Part shown: positions 29,050 through 39,894 of the stretch, in pieces
Position numbering within the stretch: the first letter of the stretch is position 1
How the letters are laid out: each line of letters starts with the position of its first letter
Notes under the pieces: model-generated
What the model was told of the DNA's origin: nothing
What the model saw: only the letters and a program-made list of their open reading frames with translations
Database searches by the model: none
Made by a program: the position numbers and the translations under genes
Origin: Sedimentisphaerales bacterium
GTDB taxonomy: Bacteria; Planctomycetota; Phycisphaerae; Sedimentisphaerales; Anaerobacaceae
Assembly: GCA_963708075.1 (NCBI GenBank)
Contig: OY970194.1
Location: 5,792,001-5,856,000, forward strand
Direction: 5' to 3'
DNA: 64,000 nt

Positions 29050-32000
29050 ATGAAGGATAATTCGCGTCTGTTCGCGGTGGGTCTGCCATTGAGCCTGGAG
29101 GAGGCGGCGCTGCTGCTGTACGCCCTGTCTTTCGGGCCGCTGCCCAAGAACGACCTGACGCGTGCGTTGAAGCAGGCAGGCCTGACCATGCCGGACGGCT
29201 CTACGGTCACCCCTGAGAGGGTGGCGCCATGCATCCAGCGCCTCAGGGCGAAAGGCCGGATCAAGTCCGTGGGGTCAAGCTCGGCATGTCCGCCCGAGAC
29301 GCGCATGACGTATATTGCCGCGGCTCGCGAGACAGGTTGGTTCAGTCGCCTGGCGCAGGATCTGCAGAAGGCTGTGCCGGGGCAGGTAAATCCCGGTGAC
29401 TGGGCCTACAAGTGGGGCGGGCGGCGATTCGCGTCTTTCTCCCATGCCTGCCGGGATGTGTTCCTGGCCCTGGAGAGGGATGATCAGGATGAGCTCAAAC
29501 GCCTCGCCGGGTTGTGCAGCCTGGATGTGCAGGTGGGCTCGCTGGTCAATGTGCTGCTGGAAATCTGTATGGAGCCGTTCCAGCCGGCCTATCTGGAACG
29601 CCTGCCTCGCCAGTATCGGGACCTGCTGCTCTATGCCGCCCTGAATCTCCAGACCTGCGCCCTGGCCCTGGATCACCCTGTCTTCGCGTACGCGCGGGCC
29701 TGGATTCTGGCCAACCGGCAAGACCTCGAAAAATCCCTCCTGGAGAAGTGCGTCAACCACCTGGTTGAGCGGGACATCCTGGCAGGCGATTTCAACGGGG
29801 CCAAAGCCCTTTTGGATACGTTCACCGACCTGGACACCTATGTAGTTCGAGGCATGCTGGAACTGCTGTCGGGCCGAGTCCCGGAGGCCCATCAGGCGTA
29901 TGACTTGGCCCTGCAAGAAGCGGGCAAAGCCAAGAAGGCCCAACTGGAGTACCTCGGGTCGTTTCCCGCGATGCTGCACGCCTTGCTCCTGGTCCAGTCC
30001 GAGCAGCCGCAGGATCGCCAGCGGGCCCGGACATGGCTGGATTGGCTCTCCAAAGACAGGGACTATGCGGCTTATCATGAGGCCTATTGTTTCCTGGAAG
30101 CGCTGCTTGCATGGCATGAGGGCTGTGATGCCGACGATGGGGCAAACCCCGTATTGCGGCCCTTTTATGGCGGGAGCAGCCCTCTGGGCCAGGTTGCCGT
30201 CTACCTGATGCAGTTGTTGTACTGGATCTATGCCTCGCATACCAAGGCCCTGAAGACTCACAAGCAGATGATGGTTCCGGAGATCGCAAAGCTGCTTGGG
30301 CATTGTGAGAAGCACGGCGCCCGGTGGCCGGTAATGCAGATTTCCCATCTGGCGGGCAGGCTCGGCGTGGCCTTGCCGGCTTACGCCCCGCAAGTGGATG
30401 CCTTTTTTCAGGAGACTGGGACGGTGGACCTTGCCGGACTTTGGACCGTCAAGGAGGTTTGGGAGAGCCGCCTGGGGGCTCTGGAGCAACTGATCCAGGA
30501 GGCCGAGCATACGGCCCATCAGGCGTCGGGACCTTCCCGCCGGCTGGTGTGGAAGCTGCGGGAATGGGACTCCGGCCAGATCGGGGTCGTGCCGATCGAG
30601 CAGAAGCGGACGAAGGCGGGGGGGTGGACGAAAGGCCGCGAGATTACCTCCTATCAAATGTCGGATTACCCGGAGGAGGCCATGGACTTCATGACCGATC
30701 AGGACCGGGCGGCACTGGCCGGCGTTCTGATGAGGCGGGATTACTATTACGGCGAAGGGTACCGAACGGACCCCGGCCTGATCCTGCGAGCCCTGGTGGG
30801 GCATCCCCACGTCTTCTGGGAAGACCGTCCTCATGTGCCGGTGGAAATCGTCGAAGGCAGGCCGGAGGTGCATATCGTGCCCAAAGCAGGGCAACTGCAC
30901 ATCTGCATGGACCCGTACCCGGATTACGATCCGGACGATGATCTGAATCCAAGCTGCATCATCAAGGAGTCGCAGGCCCGCGTGCGGGTGATCATATTCG
31001 AGCCGATGCACCTGAAGATGGCCGAGGTCCTGGGGCCCGACGGCGTGATGATCCCAAAGGGCCGCTCGGAGGATGCCCTCAAGCGGCTGCAGGGATTGTC
31101 CAGACACGTCGCCATCCAGTCGGACGTGGCGCTGGCGGCTGCGGAGGCCGAGACCGTCGAGTCGAATTGCCATCCTCACCTGCGGCTGCAGCGCCTCGAA
31201 CAGGGTCTGAACGCGGAGATGGTCATCGTGCCGCTGGGCGGGCAGACGCAGCGGGCGTTTGCGCCGGGGATCGGCAATGCGCATCTCGTCGAGACGATAG
31301 AGGGCAAGACGATCCAGACCCGCCGCAAGCTCGAAGAGGAGACCGCCCGGGCGGAGCAGGCCCTGGAGGCCGTCTCGATGTTGCGCGCGAATGCCAACGG
31401 GGACTACGTCTGGGTCGTGGATGATCCCATGGATGCCCTGGAGCTGCTGGAGCAGTTGCAGGCGGTCCCGCCGGAGGTCTTGACCGTGGAATGGCCCAAG
31501 GGCGACCCGATCACCGTGCGCTCCCTCTCGCCGCAGCAGTTCCACCTCTCGATCCACTCGGCCCAGGACTGGTTCGAGGTCGAGGGCGAGGTCCAGGTGG
31601 ATCAGGACCTCATGGTCAAAATGCGGACCCTCCTGGACCAGATTGAGAGCAGCGACAACCGGTTCATCGCGCTCGGCAAGGACCAGTACGTAGCCTTGAC
31701 TCGCCAACTGCGAAAGCAATTGCAGTGGCTCGCTGCGGGCGGCCAGTACGTCGGCAAGGGGGACACCCTGCGCGTGCATCCGCTGGCGGCCATCGGCCTG
31801 GAGCAATGGAAAGAGGAAGTAGGGAAATTCAAGGCGGATGCGGTCTTCAATACGCACATCGAGCGGCTTCGCAAGGCGGAGTCCTATCAGCCGGCGATCC
31901 CGTCGACCCTTCAGGCGACCCTGCGCCCGTACCAGGAGGACGGCTTCGTGTGGCTGGCCCGCCTGGCCGAGTGGGGCGTGGGAGCATGCCTGGCCGACGA

Positions 32001-33303
32001 CATGGGATTGGGCAAGACCGTGGAGGCGCTGGCGCTGATCCTGCACCGCGCGTCACAGGGACCGACCCTCGTGGCGGCGCCGACCAGCGTCTGTGCCAAC
32101 TGGGTTTCCGAGTCGCAGCACTTCGCCCCGACCCTGCGGCCGATCCGCTTCGGCATCGGCGATCTCGGCCGGCGCGACGATGTCCTCAAGGCTCTCGGGC
32201 CGTTCGATCTCCTGATTTGCTCGTACACGCTGCTTCAGCAGGAGGGCGATGCGATCAAGGACGTGCATTTTGCCACGATCGTCCTCGACGAGGCCCAAAT
32301 GATCAAGAACGCCGCCACGAAGCGGTCCTCGGCCGCCATGAATCTCACGGGCGGGTTCCGCATGATCTGCACGGGCACGCCCATCGAGAACCGGCTCGCC
32401 GAGCTGTGGAATCTGTTTCGCTTCATCAATCCCGGCCTGCTCGGCTCCGAGGAGCGCTTCCGCGAGCGGTTCGTGCGCCCCATCGAGGGCGGCCGCGATC
32501 CGCACGCCAGCCACATCCTAAAGAGTCTGGTCCAGCCGTTCATCCTGCGGCGGACCAAGGCGCAGGTCCTCGAAGACCTGCCGTCTCGCACGGAGCTGAT
32601 GCGTCTTGTTGAGCTCAGCGATGAAGAGCGCGCCCTGCACGAGTCCCTGCGTCAACGTGCCCTGGAGCGTCTCGAAGGCATGCGCGATGCACCCGCCGGA
32701 CAGGCCCATATCCAGGTCCTGGCGGAGCTGATGAAGCTGCGGCGCTGCTGCTGCAACCCGCGGCTCGTCATGCCCGACTGCGGCCTGACCGGCTCCAAGC
32801 TCGAGGCCTTCGCCGAGTTAGTAGATGAATTGCTCGATAACCAGCACAAGGCCCTGGTCTTCTCCCAGTTCGTCGATCATCTGACCCTGCTCCGCGAGCA
32901 TCTGGACAAGCGGAAGATCCGCTACCAGTACCTGGACGGCCGGACGCTGCCCAAGACCCGCCAAAAGCGGATCGATGCATTCCAGAATGGCGACGGCGAC
33001 CTGTTCCTGATCTCGCTCAAGGCCGGCGGCCTCGGCCTGAACCTCACCGCCGCCGACTACGTGATCCACATGGATCCCTGGTGGAACCCGGCCGTCGAAG
33101 ACCAGGCCTCCGACCGCGCCCACCGCATCGGCCAGACCCGCCCGGTCACCATCTACCGCCTCGTCGCCGCCGACACCATCGAAGAGAAAATCGTCCAGCT
33201 CCACCACGCCAAGCGCGACCTCGCCGACTCGCTCCTCGAAGGCACCGACACCGCGCACACCCTCACCGCCGACGAGCTGATCGACCTGCTGCGGAACCGC
33301 TGA
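29050..33303 (+). CDS. SNF2-family DEAD/DEAH helicase with long N-terminal extension
   Basis: LRPYQEDG, CLADDMGLGKT, LDEAQMIKN, TGTPIENR, LVFSQF, LISLKAGGLGLNL and DPWWNPAVEDQASDRAHRIGQ. Start uncertain (28999 or 29050). Confidence 0.93.
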   Translation: MKDNSRLFAVGLPLSLEEAALLLYALSFGPLPKNDLTRALKQAGLTMPDGSTVTPERVAPCIQRLRAKGRIKSVGSSSACPPETRMTYIAAARETGWFSRLAQDLQKAVPGQVNPGDWAYKWGGRRFASFSHACRDVFLALERDDQDELKRLAGLCSLDVQVGSLVNVLLEICMEPFQPAYLERLPRQYRDLLLYAALNLQTCALALDHPVFAYARAWILANRQDLEKSLLEKCVNHLVERDILAGDFNGAKALLDTFTDLDTYVVRGMLELLSGRVPEAHQAYDLALQEAGKAKKAQLEYLGSFPAMLHALLLVQSEQPQDRQRARTWLDWLSKDRDYAAYHEAYCFLEALLAWHEGCDADDGANPVLRPFYGGSSPLGQVAVYLMQLLYWIYASHTKALKTHKQMMVPEIAKLLGHCEKHGARWPVMQISHLAGRLGVALPAYAPQVDAFFQETGTVDLAGLWTVKEVWESRLGALEQLIQEAEHTAHQASGPSRRLVWKLREWDSGQIGVVPIEQKRTKAGGWTKGREITSYQMSDYPEEAMDFMTDQDRAALAGVLMRRDYYYGEGYRTDPGLILRALVGHPHVFWEDRPHVPVEIVEGRPEVHIVPKAGQLHICMDPYPDYDPDDDLNPSCIIKESQARVRVIIFEPMHLKMAEVLGPDGVMIPKGRSEDALKRLQGLSRHVAIQSDVALAAAEAETVESNCHPHLRLQRLEQGLNAEMVIVPLGGQTQRAFAPGIGNAHLVETIEGKTIQTRRKLEEETARAEQALEAVSMLRANANGDYVWVVDDPMDALELLEQLQAVPPEVLTVEWPKGDPITVRSLSPQQFHLSIHSAQDWFEVEGEVQVDQDLMVKMRTLLDQIESSDNRFIALGKDQYVALTRQLRKQLQWLAAGGQYVGKGDTLRVHPLAAIGLEQWKEEVGKFKADAVFNTHIERLRKAESYQPAIPSTLQATLRPYQEDGFVWLARLAEWGVGACLADDMGLGKTVEALALILHRASQGPTLVAAPTSVCANWVSESQHFAPTLRPIRFGIGDLGRRDDVLKALGPFDLLICSYTLLQQEGDAIKDVHFATIVLDEAQMIKNAATKRSSAAMNLTGGFRMICTGTPIENRLAELWNLFRFINPGLLGSEERFRERFVRPIEGGRDPHASHILKSLVQPFILRRTKAQVLEDLPSRTELMRLVELSDEERALHESLRQRALERLEGMRDAPAGQAHIQVLAELMKLRRCCCNPRLVMPDCGLTGSKLEAFAELVDELLDNQHKALVFSQFVDHLTLLREHLDKRKIRYQYLDGRTLPKTRQKRIDAFQNGDGDLFLISLKAGGLGLNLTAADYVIHMDPWWNPAVEDQASDRAHRIGQTRPVTIYRLVAADTIEEKIVQLHHAKRDLADSLLEGTDTAHTLTADELIDLLRNR

Positions 33304-33405
33304 GAAGGCCGACGGTCCCTGCTCACTCGCAAAAGCTATGCGCGCACGCACAGTCTACAAGGAAAGGTACAGAAGGTGTGAGTAGGAACGTCCACCGCAG
33401 ATTGA

Positions 33406-33723
33406 TCAGCGCCGGCCGCTCCTTTGTGTCGCATGTCGGCCGAATCTGCCTGCCGCCTGCGCCGACTGTACAGATCGAAGGGGGTACTTCTCCGGGTGCT
33501 CGAGATTGTCGATCTCCAGGTCCGCGTCCAACTGGGGCCAGTACAGATGATAGCCGTGAAGCAACTGAACATCTTGTATAGCGCTTAGCGTCTGGTCTTT
33601 GAAGTAGGGGTACTCCTCATAGCTGAGGAAATACTCCTTTCCCTCAACAAACAGCCAGATGCCGAAGGGAGTGATGTTCTCAACGCTTGTGGAAATGGCT
33701 TTGCCACGCTTGGGCGATCTCAT
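33406..33723 (-). CDS. DUF2442-family protein (putative TA component)
   Basis: VENITPFGIWL..EYFLSYEEYPYF..LYWPQLDADLEI pattern; overlaps the DUF4160 gene. Confidence 0.82.
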   Translation of the reverse strand: MRSPKRGKAISTSVENITPFGIWLFVEGKEYFLSYEEYPYFKDQTLSAIQDVQLLHGYHLYWPQLDADLEIDNLEHPEKYPLRSVQSAQAAGRFGRHATQRSGRR

Positions 33724-33922
33724 GTCTGTGCGCCTCAACGATTCGCTGAATTTCAGTCAGTCTTCTTGCATTCAGTCCATGGGACACGGCCAGTGAAACG
33801 ATCGGCTCCAGCCAGAACTTGGCCTCGCCGTCTTCGCTGGTCACATGAATGTGAATCCTCACCTCTTCATTCGAGAGGAAGTAGAACCTGTATCCCTTTT
33901 CCCTGAATATCGAAGGACTCAT
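33680..33922 (-). CDS. DUF4160-family protein (putative TA component)
   Basis: MSPSIFREKGYRFYFLSNEE..HIHV..GEAKFWLEP pattern. Confidence 0.87.
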   Translation of the reverse strand: MSPSIFREKGYRFYFLSNEEVRIHIHVTSEDGEAKFWLEPIVSLAVSHGLNARRLTEIQRIVEAHRHEIAQAWQSHFHKR

Positions 33923-33998
33923 GTGATCAGCTTACCAATTTGACTCGGAAAAAGCAACGGCATCATCGGATCAATCTCTCTCAATGCCGACTGGGTCC

Positions 33999-34778
33999 TC
34001 AATCGGTCGTATCGAATCCCGGGCGGAGGAAGGCTCGGGCATTCGGAAAGGTGGATTCGACTTGGTGCAGTAAACGTCTGAGGGTGCTCGATGCGAAGAT
34101 GATGTCCTCGTGGTCGGGGAAGTGGCGCAGCAGGGTTGCCCAGGCGCCGATGGATCGCTCGATGCCAATGATGGCGACCTTCGCCGAGCCATCGGCGTCC
34201 TCTTGAAGGCATTCGAGGTCTTCGATCTCAGCGCGGATTGTCCCGCTGGCGGCTCGGCAGAGCTTGACATAAATCTGACGCTGGTACCAGCGGATAACTT
34301 CGAGACAGTCGCGAATGCCCGCCGCGTCGACGCTGGGGGTGTTGGCCTGGGCGGGCGACTCCAATTCATCGTCCTTGTCATCGGGAAGTCCCTCGTTCGA
34401 TTTGAACCAGCCATCGACGATTTCGATGTACTTCATGGCGATCCGGCTGTAGGGCTGGGACTGGGCCGCATCGCGCACCTCCTCGTGTTCGCGGATGCTC
34501 TCCTGGAGTTCCTCCTCGTCCATGTCGAAGTCCATTTCCTCCGCCTCGTCGTCGATCATTTCCATCGTGCTCTCGAAAGTCTCGTGCAGCTTGTCCCAGA
34601 ACGCCTCGTTCTCGGCGTTTCGCAATTGGAGGTTGCTGGATTCCATCTCTTGGCCCATCGCGTAGTTCATGCACCGCGACGTGAACGCGCATCGTTCACA
34701 CCATCGATCGCAGTAATTGTAAATGCCCGGGATGAACCTTGGGTCTCCACCAGGCTCGTCCATTCGTCTCTTGTCCAT
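33999..34778 (-). CDS. Conserved hypothetical protein with N-terminal Cys cluster
   Basis: FIPGIYNYCDRWCERCAFTSRC; DADGSAKVAIIGIERSIGAW; FPNARAFLRPGFD. Confidence 0.75.
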   Translation of the reverse strand: MDKRRMDEPGGDPRFIPGIYNYCDRWCERCAFTSRCMNYAMGQEMESSNLQLRNAENEAFWDKLHETFESTMEMIDDEAEEMDFDMDEEELQESIREHEEVRDAAQSQPYSRIAMKYIEIVDGWFKSNEGLPDDKDDELESPAQANTPSVDAAGIRDCLEVIRWYQRQIYVKLCRAASGTIRAEIEDLECLQEDADGSAKVAIIGIERSIGAWATLLRHFPDHEDIIFASSTLRRLLHQVESTFPNARAFLRPGFDTTD

Positions 34779-34922
34779 GCCTTGCAGCTCCTCGCAGTCG
34801 CCGCGTTCTTGAATCCACTGCGGCAATTCTGCGCACAAGCATATCATCGGCATGGACGGACCGCCAGCCACTTTTGAAGTCAGTCACACCTGAAGTGCGA
34901 GGCACCCTTGCCCAAGAGCGGC

Positions 34923-35738
34923 TCAGAACCGCACGAGCAGATTCAGACCGAGCTGGAGGCTCCAGTTGCGGGGCTCTACCCATTCGTAGCCGGGATCTGA
35001 CGGCACGGGCTCCGACTCCTCGACCCACCAGTACTGGATGAATGGCGCCACCGCAATGTCCAGGGAATCGGTCTTATGCCGCAATTCCACAGAGCCGCGG
35101 ATCCCGACCCCCGGCCATTGCCAGTTCTCCACGTTCGACGGGTCGGTTGAACTACGGGGGATTTCAGATATCTGCAGACCGACAATGAGCAGATCAAGCT
35201 CTGCCCCAAACTCGGCGTACCAGTTGCCGCCCAGCGGCCGATCCATCTTGAGGCCTAACGGCAGATAGAGGTAGTTCGAATGTCTCTTGTAGCCCAGCAG
35301 GTCCTGTGTAGAGTCGTCCTGGAGATATCGGTACCCAAGCCCGTAATGAAAATAATTCGCCCACGTGTCCGTATGCCACAGAGGGCCCCATAACACGCGT
35401 GCATTGATCAGCATGTCATCGTTGCCCTCCATGGTGTAGGGTGTCCCGTCCTGAAGGCCGCCATCGTAATCCACTTCGCCGACGGCGACTCCACCCTCCA
35501 GTTTAAGGATTCTGTCCGCCATGGGCCTCTGATAGTAGCGCGTGTAAGAGACGGATACGCCGTACAGCGTACCTTCCTCTTCCATAAGGCCGGGTTCCTC
35601 GTAGTGAAACCAGGAAACCTCCGGCGCTATGGCCCAGTGGGGGGCAGACAGCATTTCGCCGAGTTTCTGATTTGCCTGTGGATCGTCTGTAGTTGTTCCA
35701 GACAGGGCACACACCATCAACATGGAAAGCACGCTCAT
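34923..35738 (-). CDS. Outer-membrane beta-barrel protein
   Basis: Signal peptide, alternating amphipathic strands and C-terminal LQLGLNLLVRF ending in Phe. Confidence 0.75.
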   Translation of the reverse strand: MSVLSMLMVCALSGTTTDDPQANQKLGEMLSAPHWAIAPEVSWFHYEEPGLMEEEGTLYGVSVSYTRYYQRPMADRILKLEGGVAVGEVDYDGGLQDGTPYTMEGNDDMLINARVLWGPLWHTDTWANYFHYGLGYRYLQDDSTQDLLGYKRHSNYLYLPLGLKMDRPLGGNWYAEFGAELDLLIVGLQISEIPRSSTDPSNVENWQWPGVGIRGSVELRHKTDSLDIAVAPFIQYWWVEESEPVPSDPGYEWVEPRNWSLQLGLNLLVRF

Positions 35739-36126
35739 ACTATACCTCCGCTTTCATTGCATAAGACCGCATTCGTCAGTCCGCCTCTGTTCGCCCAATC
35801 GTACACCTGGACCAGGCGCAGGCGAATCCGGAGAGACAAATCTCCGCCACGTACTCGTTCATCGGCAGGCGACATGTGTGTGTTTAGGCGAAAACGAATG
35901 CGAATCCCAAAAAAAACTCGATTCAGATTCCGCCCCCTGCGGGCTCTTCCATTCGTCTTTTGTCCATTATGGATATCCACCGTTTTAGCTCAGAATATCC
36001 CTTACGCCCGTTCGCATCCGAAACCAGTAGTGTGAGTAGTTGCCAATGGGTGCGGGTTCGAGCAGGGCGCTCGTTGGCGTGGCAATACCGAGGGATACCG
36101 ATCCATCTGCCAGGGAGGGTGAGTAT

Positions 36127-37980
36127 ATGCTCCTCGTTCGCATCGCTGTTCTCCTGATGGTTGTTGGGATGGTGAGCGCAGGCCGGACGTGGGGGCGCAT
36201 CTACTACGCTGCTCCGGAATCTCAGGCGCAAAGCACGGTTCCGGGGCGTCCGAATGACGGCCTCGATCCGTCCAGGCCGTTTCTCATTGCGGACTTCTGC
36301 CGGGTCGCCCAAGCCGGAGATACACTGCTTCTGCTCGATGGCCGGTACACCGGACCATTATCCATGATCTACATAGATACCGGCAGGCCCGCGAATGGAA
36401 CGGCGAGCCAGCCGATCACCATTCGTGCGATGAATGACGGAAACGTGCTGATCGACGGCGAAGGACAATCTCTCCCGCTCTGGATTGCAGGCGCAAAAGG
36501 GTCGCCGAAGCGACGCTTTATCATCGAGGGCATCAACGTGTGCAACAGCGCGTATCACGTCGTATCGCTGAGCCGGTGCGAGGACTGCGTGGTCAGGCGG
36601 GTATGTGCCTGGGGCGCGAATCCGGATGGCAACGCGCACGTGTACACGCTGGACCGCACGTTTCGTTGCCTGGTGGAGGACTGTGCGGCGTGGGGACTCG
36701 GCCGCAAGCAACTGCTGATTTACGGCGGCTCTGAAAACCAGGACGAGCTGTACGGCGCCGACAACATCGCGCGCCGGTTCTGGTGCCGCTGGGAGGGAAC
36801 GCGGGGCGAGTACCACTCGGAGAATATCTCCTTTCAGTACCGGGCCACCGGCAGCCTGCTGGAGAATGTGATTTGCACCTATGACGCCTGCGAGAGCATC
36901 GACTATCCATCGGACTGGACGTTTTCCGGCTTCTTCTACACGGACGGTCCGGCGGAACACATCGTCAATACGAGGCTGCTGGGATGCATCGGATACGCGC
37001 CACGTGAGAGCAACCTGCTGTCGCCCTACATATTCCTGATCACGGGCACGGACGTGCTCGATGTGACGCTGCGCGACTGCCTCAGTTATGTTGCTCCGCT
37101 GCGCAGCCGGGGCTTGACGGAAAATGAGGTGAGCGGCCTTGTGACCTACCCGCGCTACTACGATAGCGTGCAGGCTGAACATCTGACGGTTGTGGGCGGC
37201 GTCGGTATTCGGCTCGGCGCTCGCGATGGCCGGGTCGAGCCGGCCGGACCCGTAGTGCGGAACGCCCTGATCATGAAGACAGTCGATCCGATGCAGGCCA
37301 TACACGGCGCTATTGTGGGGAACCGGTATGTGGACACGGTCTACTTCTTCAACAACGCGAAGAACTTCGAGTACAGTCTCTCGCTTGCGGACGTGCCGAG
37401 CCACATCCTGAGCCCGCCGGGTTTTGAGGGCGCCCATGCGTCTCTATCGGCTGTCAATCAGTCCTGGCGAACGGCCGAGGGCATTGACCCGCAGCTTGAC
37501 ATATGTGGTCGGAGCCTGCTGCGACCATACACATCGCCGGCGCTGCGACACGCGGCGCCGGATGGCAGCGATGTGGGGGCACGGCTGTGGTTTCGCTACA
37601 CCAACGGTGTGCTCAAGGACGGTAAGACCGGCGGTGAGGTCCAATACCTCTGGCCCTGGCCCATGGAAGACCGCATCTGGCGAGCGACTCAGGAGTACCA
37701 TCGGCTGGACCCCGCGAACCATCCCCCTGCGGTGAACGTCACCAGAGAAGTCTTGACACTGGACGGCGGATCGCTTCCCGGCGACTTCGATGCCGACGGC
37801 GATATCGACGCTACCGACCGCGCCGCCTTCGAACGCTATCGCGCAAAATCAGCGACCCGGATTGCCGATGCGGAAGGCTACTGCTTTGATTTCGACGAAG
37901 ACGGCGACATCGACAGCAACGACAAGCGCGTGTTCGACACATGGTACGGCTATAAGGGGGCGGACTCCGTTCACCAATAG
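36127..37980 (+). CDS. Secreted right-handed beta-helix protein with C-terminal dockerin/EF-hand-like repeats
   Basis: Signal peptide; AQAGDTLLLLDGRY and GTASQPITIRA; C-terminal GDFDADGDIDATD and FDFDEDGDIDSND; GGAGG RBS. Confidence 0.75.
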   Translation: MLLVRIAVLLMVVGMVSAGRTWGRIYYAAPESQAQSTVPGRPNDGLDPSRPFLIADFCRVAQAGDTLLLLDGRYTGPLSMIYIDTGRPANGTASQPITIRAMNDGNVLIDGEGQSLPLWIAGAKGSPKRRFIIEGINVCNSAYHVVSLSRCEDCVVRRVCAWGANPDGNAHVYTLDRTFRCLVEDCAAWGLGRKQLLIYGGSENQDELYGADNIARRFWCRWEGTRGEYHSENISFQYRATGSLLENVICTYDACESIDYPSDWTFSGFFYTDGPAEHIVNTRLLGCIGYAPRESNLLSPYIFLITGTDVLDVTLRDCLSYVAPLRSRGLTENEVSGLVTYPRYYDSVQAEHLTVVGGVGIRLGARDGRVEPAGPVVRNALIMKTVDPMQAIHGAIVGNRYVDTVYFFNNAKNFEYSLSLADVPSHILSPPGFEGAHASLSAVNQSWRTAEGIDPQLDICGRSLLRPYTSPALRHAAPDGSDVGARLWFRYTNGVLKDGKTGGEVQYLWPWPMEDRIWRATQEYHRLDPANHPPAVNVTREVLTLDGGSLPGDFDADGDIDATDRAAFERYRAKSATRIADAEGYCFDFDEDGDIDSNDKRVFDTWYGYKGADSVHQ

Positions 37981-38046
37981 CGATGCCTCCTCAGTCACCG
38001 CGCTATCTGTATGCATTCTCAGAAATTCTTGTGCGACGTGGACTCT

Positions 38047-38228
38047 GTCATCCTGAGGCGATGCCGAAGGATCTGGGCTGAGGCGGGAACAAGCATCGCT
38101 CATATCCACTACTCAGATTCTTCGCTCCTCTGAAAAAAACGCGGCGTTGACGTGTAGGGTGGGTTCTCAACCCACGCGTCCAGGAATGCGTAGCTCGAAA
38201 AACCGCGTGGGTCAAGGACCCACCCTAC
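38047..38228. repeat. REP cluster between convergent genes
   Basis: GTCATCCTGAG...GAAGGATCT...AGATTCTTCGCT and the inverted pair GTAGGGTGGGTTCTCAACCCACGCG...CGCGTGGGTCAAGGACCCACCCTAC. Confidence 0.75.
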
Positions 38229-38339
38229 GAGCGGTCCGAGGCCATTTTCATCTTCGTGTGGTGAGCCGAAGGTCCACGATGGGCTTCGTTCAGCATGACA
38301 GATGGGGGCTGGGGCGTCGCGGGATGTAGTCGCACACAG

Positions 38340-39884
38340 TCACCACCACTTGGGGTTGTTTTCCAGGAACTCGATGACGGCCTGGTACTTGGGGGCCTCG
38401 GCGGGGGGCTGGCCGTGGTGTTCCATCAGGCCCCAGGAACCCCATTTGGACCAGGTGCCCGTGGAGGAGAAAATCACGGCAAGCGTGCCGCCATTGGCCT
38501 TCCAGCCGGCGAGGTAATCGAGGTAGAGGTCTTTCATTCGCGGGTGGCGATTGGCGGCGTGGAAGAGGTCCTCCATGGGCTTGTTGTTCTCGGCCCCGCC
38601 GTGACCGACGAGATGCTGGCCCGCTTCGTAGGCGACCAGGCGTAAGCCCCTCTGTTTGGCGATGCGCGCCTGCTCGGCGATGGTCTTGTTGCCTTCCTCG
38701 ATGTACTCGGCGCACTTGTCGAGAACCTGATCGACGGTCATCTGGGCGGTCTCATTTTGCCTCGCCGGATCGCCGAGGGCGTTGCCGAAGTAGGGGGCGA
38801 TGCCGAGCACATCCGCGTGCTTGTACGCCTCCTCAAAGTCAATCACCTGCCCGCTGGTCCAGGGGTTTGCGCTCTGAGCGGCCAGGACGCGGACAAGGCG
38901 GTCCGTGCCGCCGAAGACCTCTTGCCAAATCTTGAAGATTTCAACGGATCGTTTGGAGTAGTAGCGCAGTTGCGCCTGAAAATCGTTGTCGCTGAGGCCG
39001 AGCGCCTTGCCTTTGTCCCGACAGTAGCCGGCCTGGGCGAAGATGCCGTTCCAGCATTCGTTGGAATACTCGATGTAGACTTTCAGGTTGGGGTCGAGCT
39101 GGGCTTTGACCATCTGAGCGAAGCTGCGAATGTAGTCGTCCGTCGCTATGTGCGGCATGCAGAACCACGGGTCGGCGTCGAGCGTGTCCGCTATTTGGAT
39201 GAGGTACTCGAGAGCGACGCCGGCCTCGCCGCCCTGCGTCTGTATGTCCCGCGTCGGGCGGTCGGACCAGTTCGTCTGCTCGGAGTTGTTGGTCCGCTGC
39301 ATGTCCATGAAGCGCAGGACCTTGAACTTCTCCCATCGCTTGAGGAACTCCGGGTGGAAAGGCTGGTCCTTGTACGTGTCTTCGAATCCCGGCAGGACCA
39401 TGCGGATGTTCCTGATCGGGTCGGCGGGATTTGTCTCCGTGATGCGCAGGGTCAGCAGATCCTGTTCGGCATTAACCTGGACCCGGATGCGCCCCGGCTG
39501 CTCCTCGACAACCTTGGTTCGATAGGCGAACTGGATCTTGCCCTGTCCCTCATAGACGCAGGTGTACACGCCGGCGGGGTAGCCGAGCGGCGGCCGGCTG
39601 AGGACGATCGAATCGGCGAAGTGGCCATCGCCGCGGAGCGAGCGGACCCAGCCGGTCTCCGTCAGGTCCAGCGGGCCGCCCTGGTCATAACCCTTGCCCG
39701 GGGCCTGGCTCTTCCATGTCTGCGAATGTCTGAACAAATCGACAAACACGATCTCCGAGGACCAGTATGTCACCCCGGCGATGTTGATGCCCAAGGCCGA
39801 ATTGTCATTCTCAGCCGCACGCACCCGGACTGTACCGAGTACAAGCAGAGCCAGTAATCCGAGGCAGGCGATACGCGTCTTCAT
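38340..39884 (-). CDS. Secreted putative glycoside hydrolase / 'cellulose-binding' TIM-barrel protein
   Basis: Signal peptide; FHPEFL, LRFMDM, DPWFCMPH, VYIEYSNECWN, LVAYEAGQHL and WGSWGL. Confidence 0.72.
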   Translation of the reverse strand: MKTRIACLGLLALLVLGTVRVRAAENDNSALGINIAGVTYWSSEIVFVDLFRHSQTWKSQAPGKGYDQGGPLDLTETGWVRSLRGDGHFADSIVLSRPPLGYPAGVYTCVYEGQGKIQFAYRTKVVEEQPGRIRVQVNAEQDLLTLRITETNPADPIRNIRMVLPGFEDTYKDQPFHPEFLKRWEKFKVLRFMDMQRTNNSEQTNWSDRPTRDIQTQGGEAGVALEYLIQIADTLDADPWFCMPHIATDDYIRSFAQMVKAQLDPNLKVYIEYSNECWNGIFAQAGYCRDKGKALGLSDNDFQAQLRYYSKRSVEIFKIWQEVFGGTDRLVRVLAAQSANPWTSGQVIDFEEAYKHADVLGIAPYFGNALGDPARQNETAQMTVDQVLDKCAEYIEEGNKTIAEQARIAKQRGLRLVAYEAGQHLVGHGGAENNKPMEDLFHAANRHPRMKDLYLDYLAGWKANGGTLAVIFSSTGTWSKWGSWGLMEHHGQPPAEAPKYQAVIEFLENNPKWW

Positions 39885-39894
39885 TTCGTCTCCT

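Noticed and set aside
29275..32046. 923-aa minus-strand ORF and other long antisense ORFs (e.g. 24879-26885, 41302-42825, 55672-57180)
   Set aside because: Shadow ORFs opposite well-supported genes in high-GC DNA, with no recognisable motifs.
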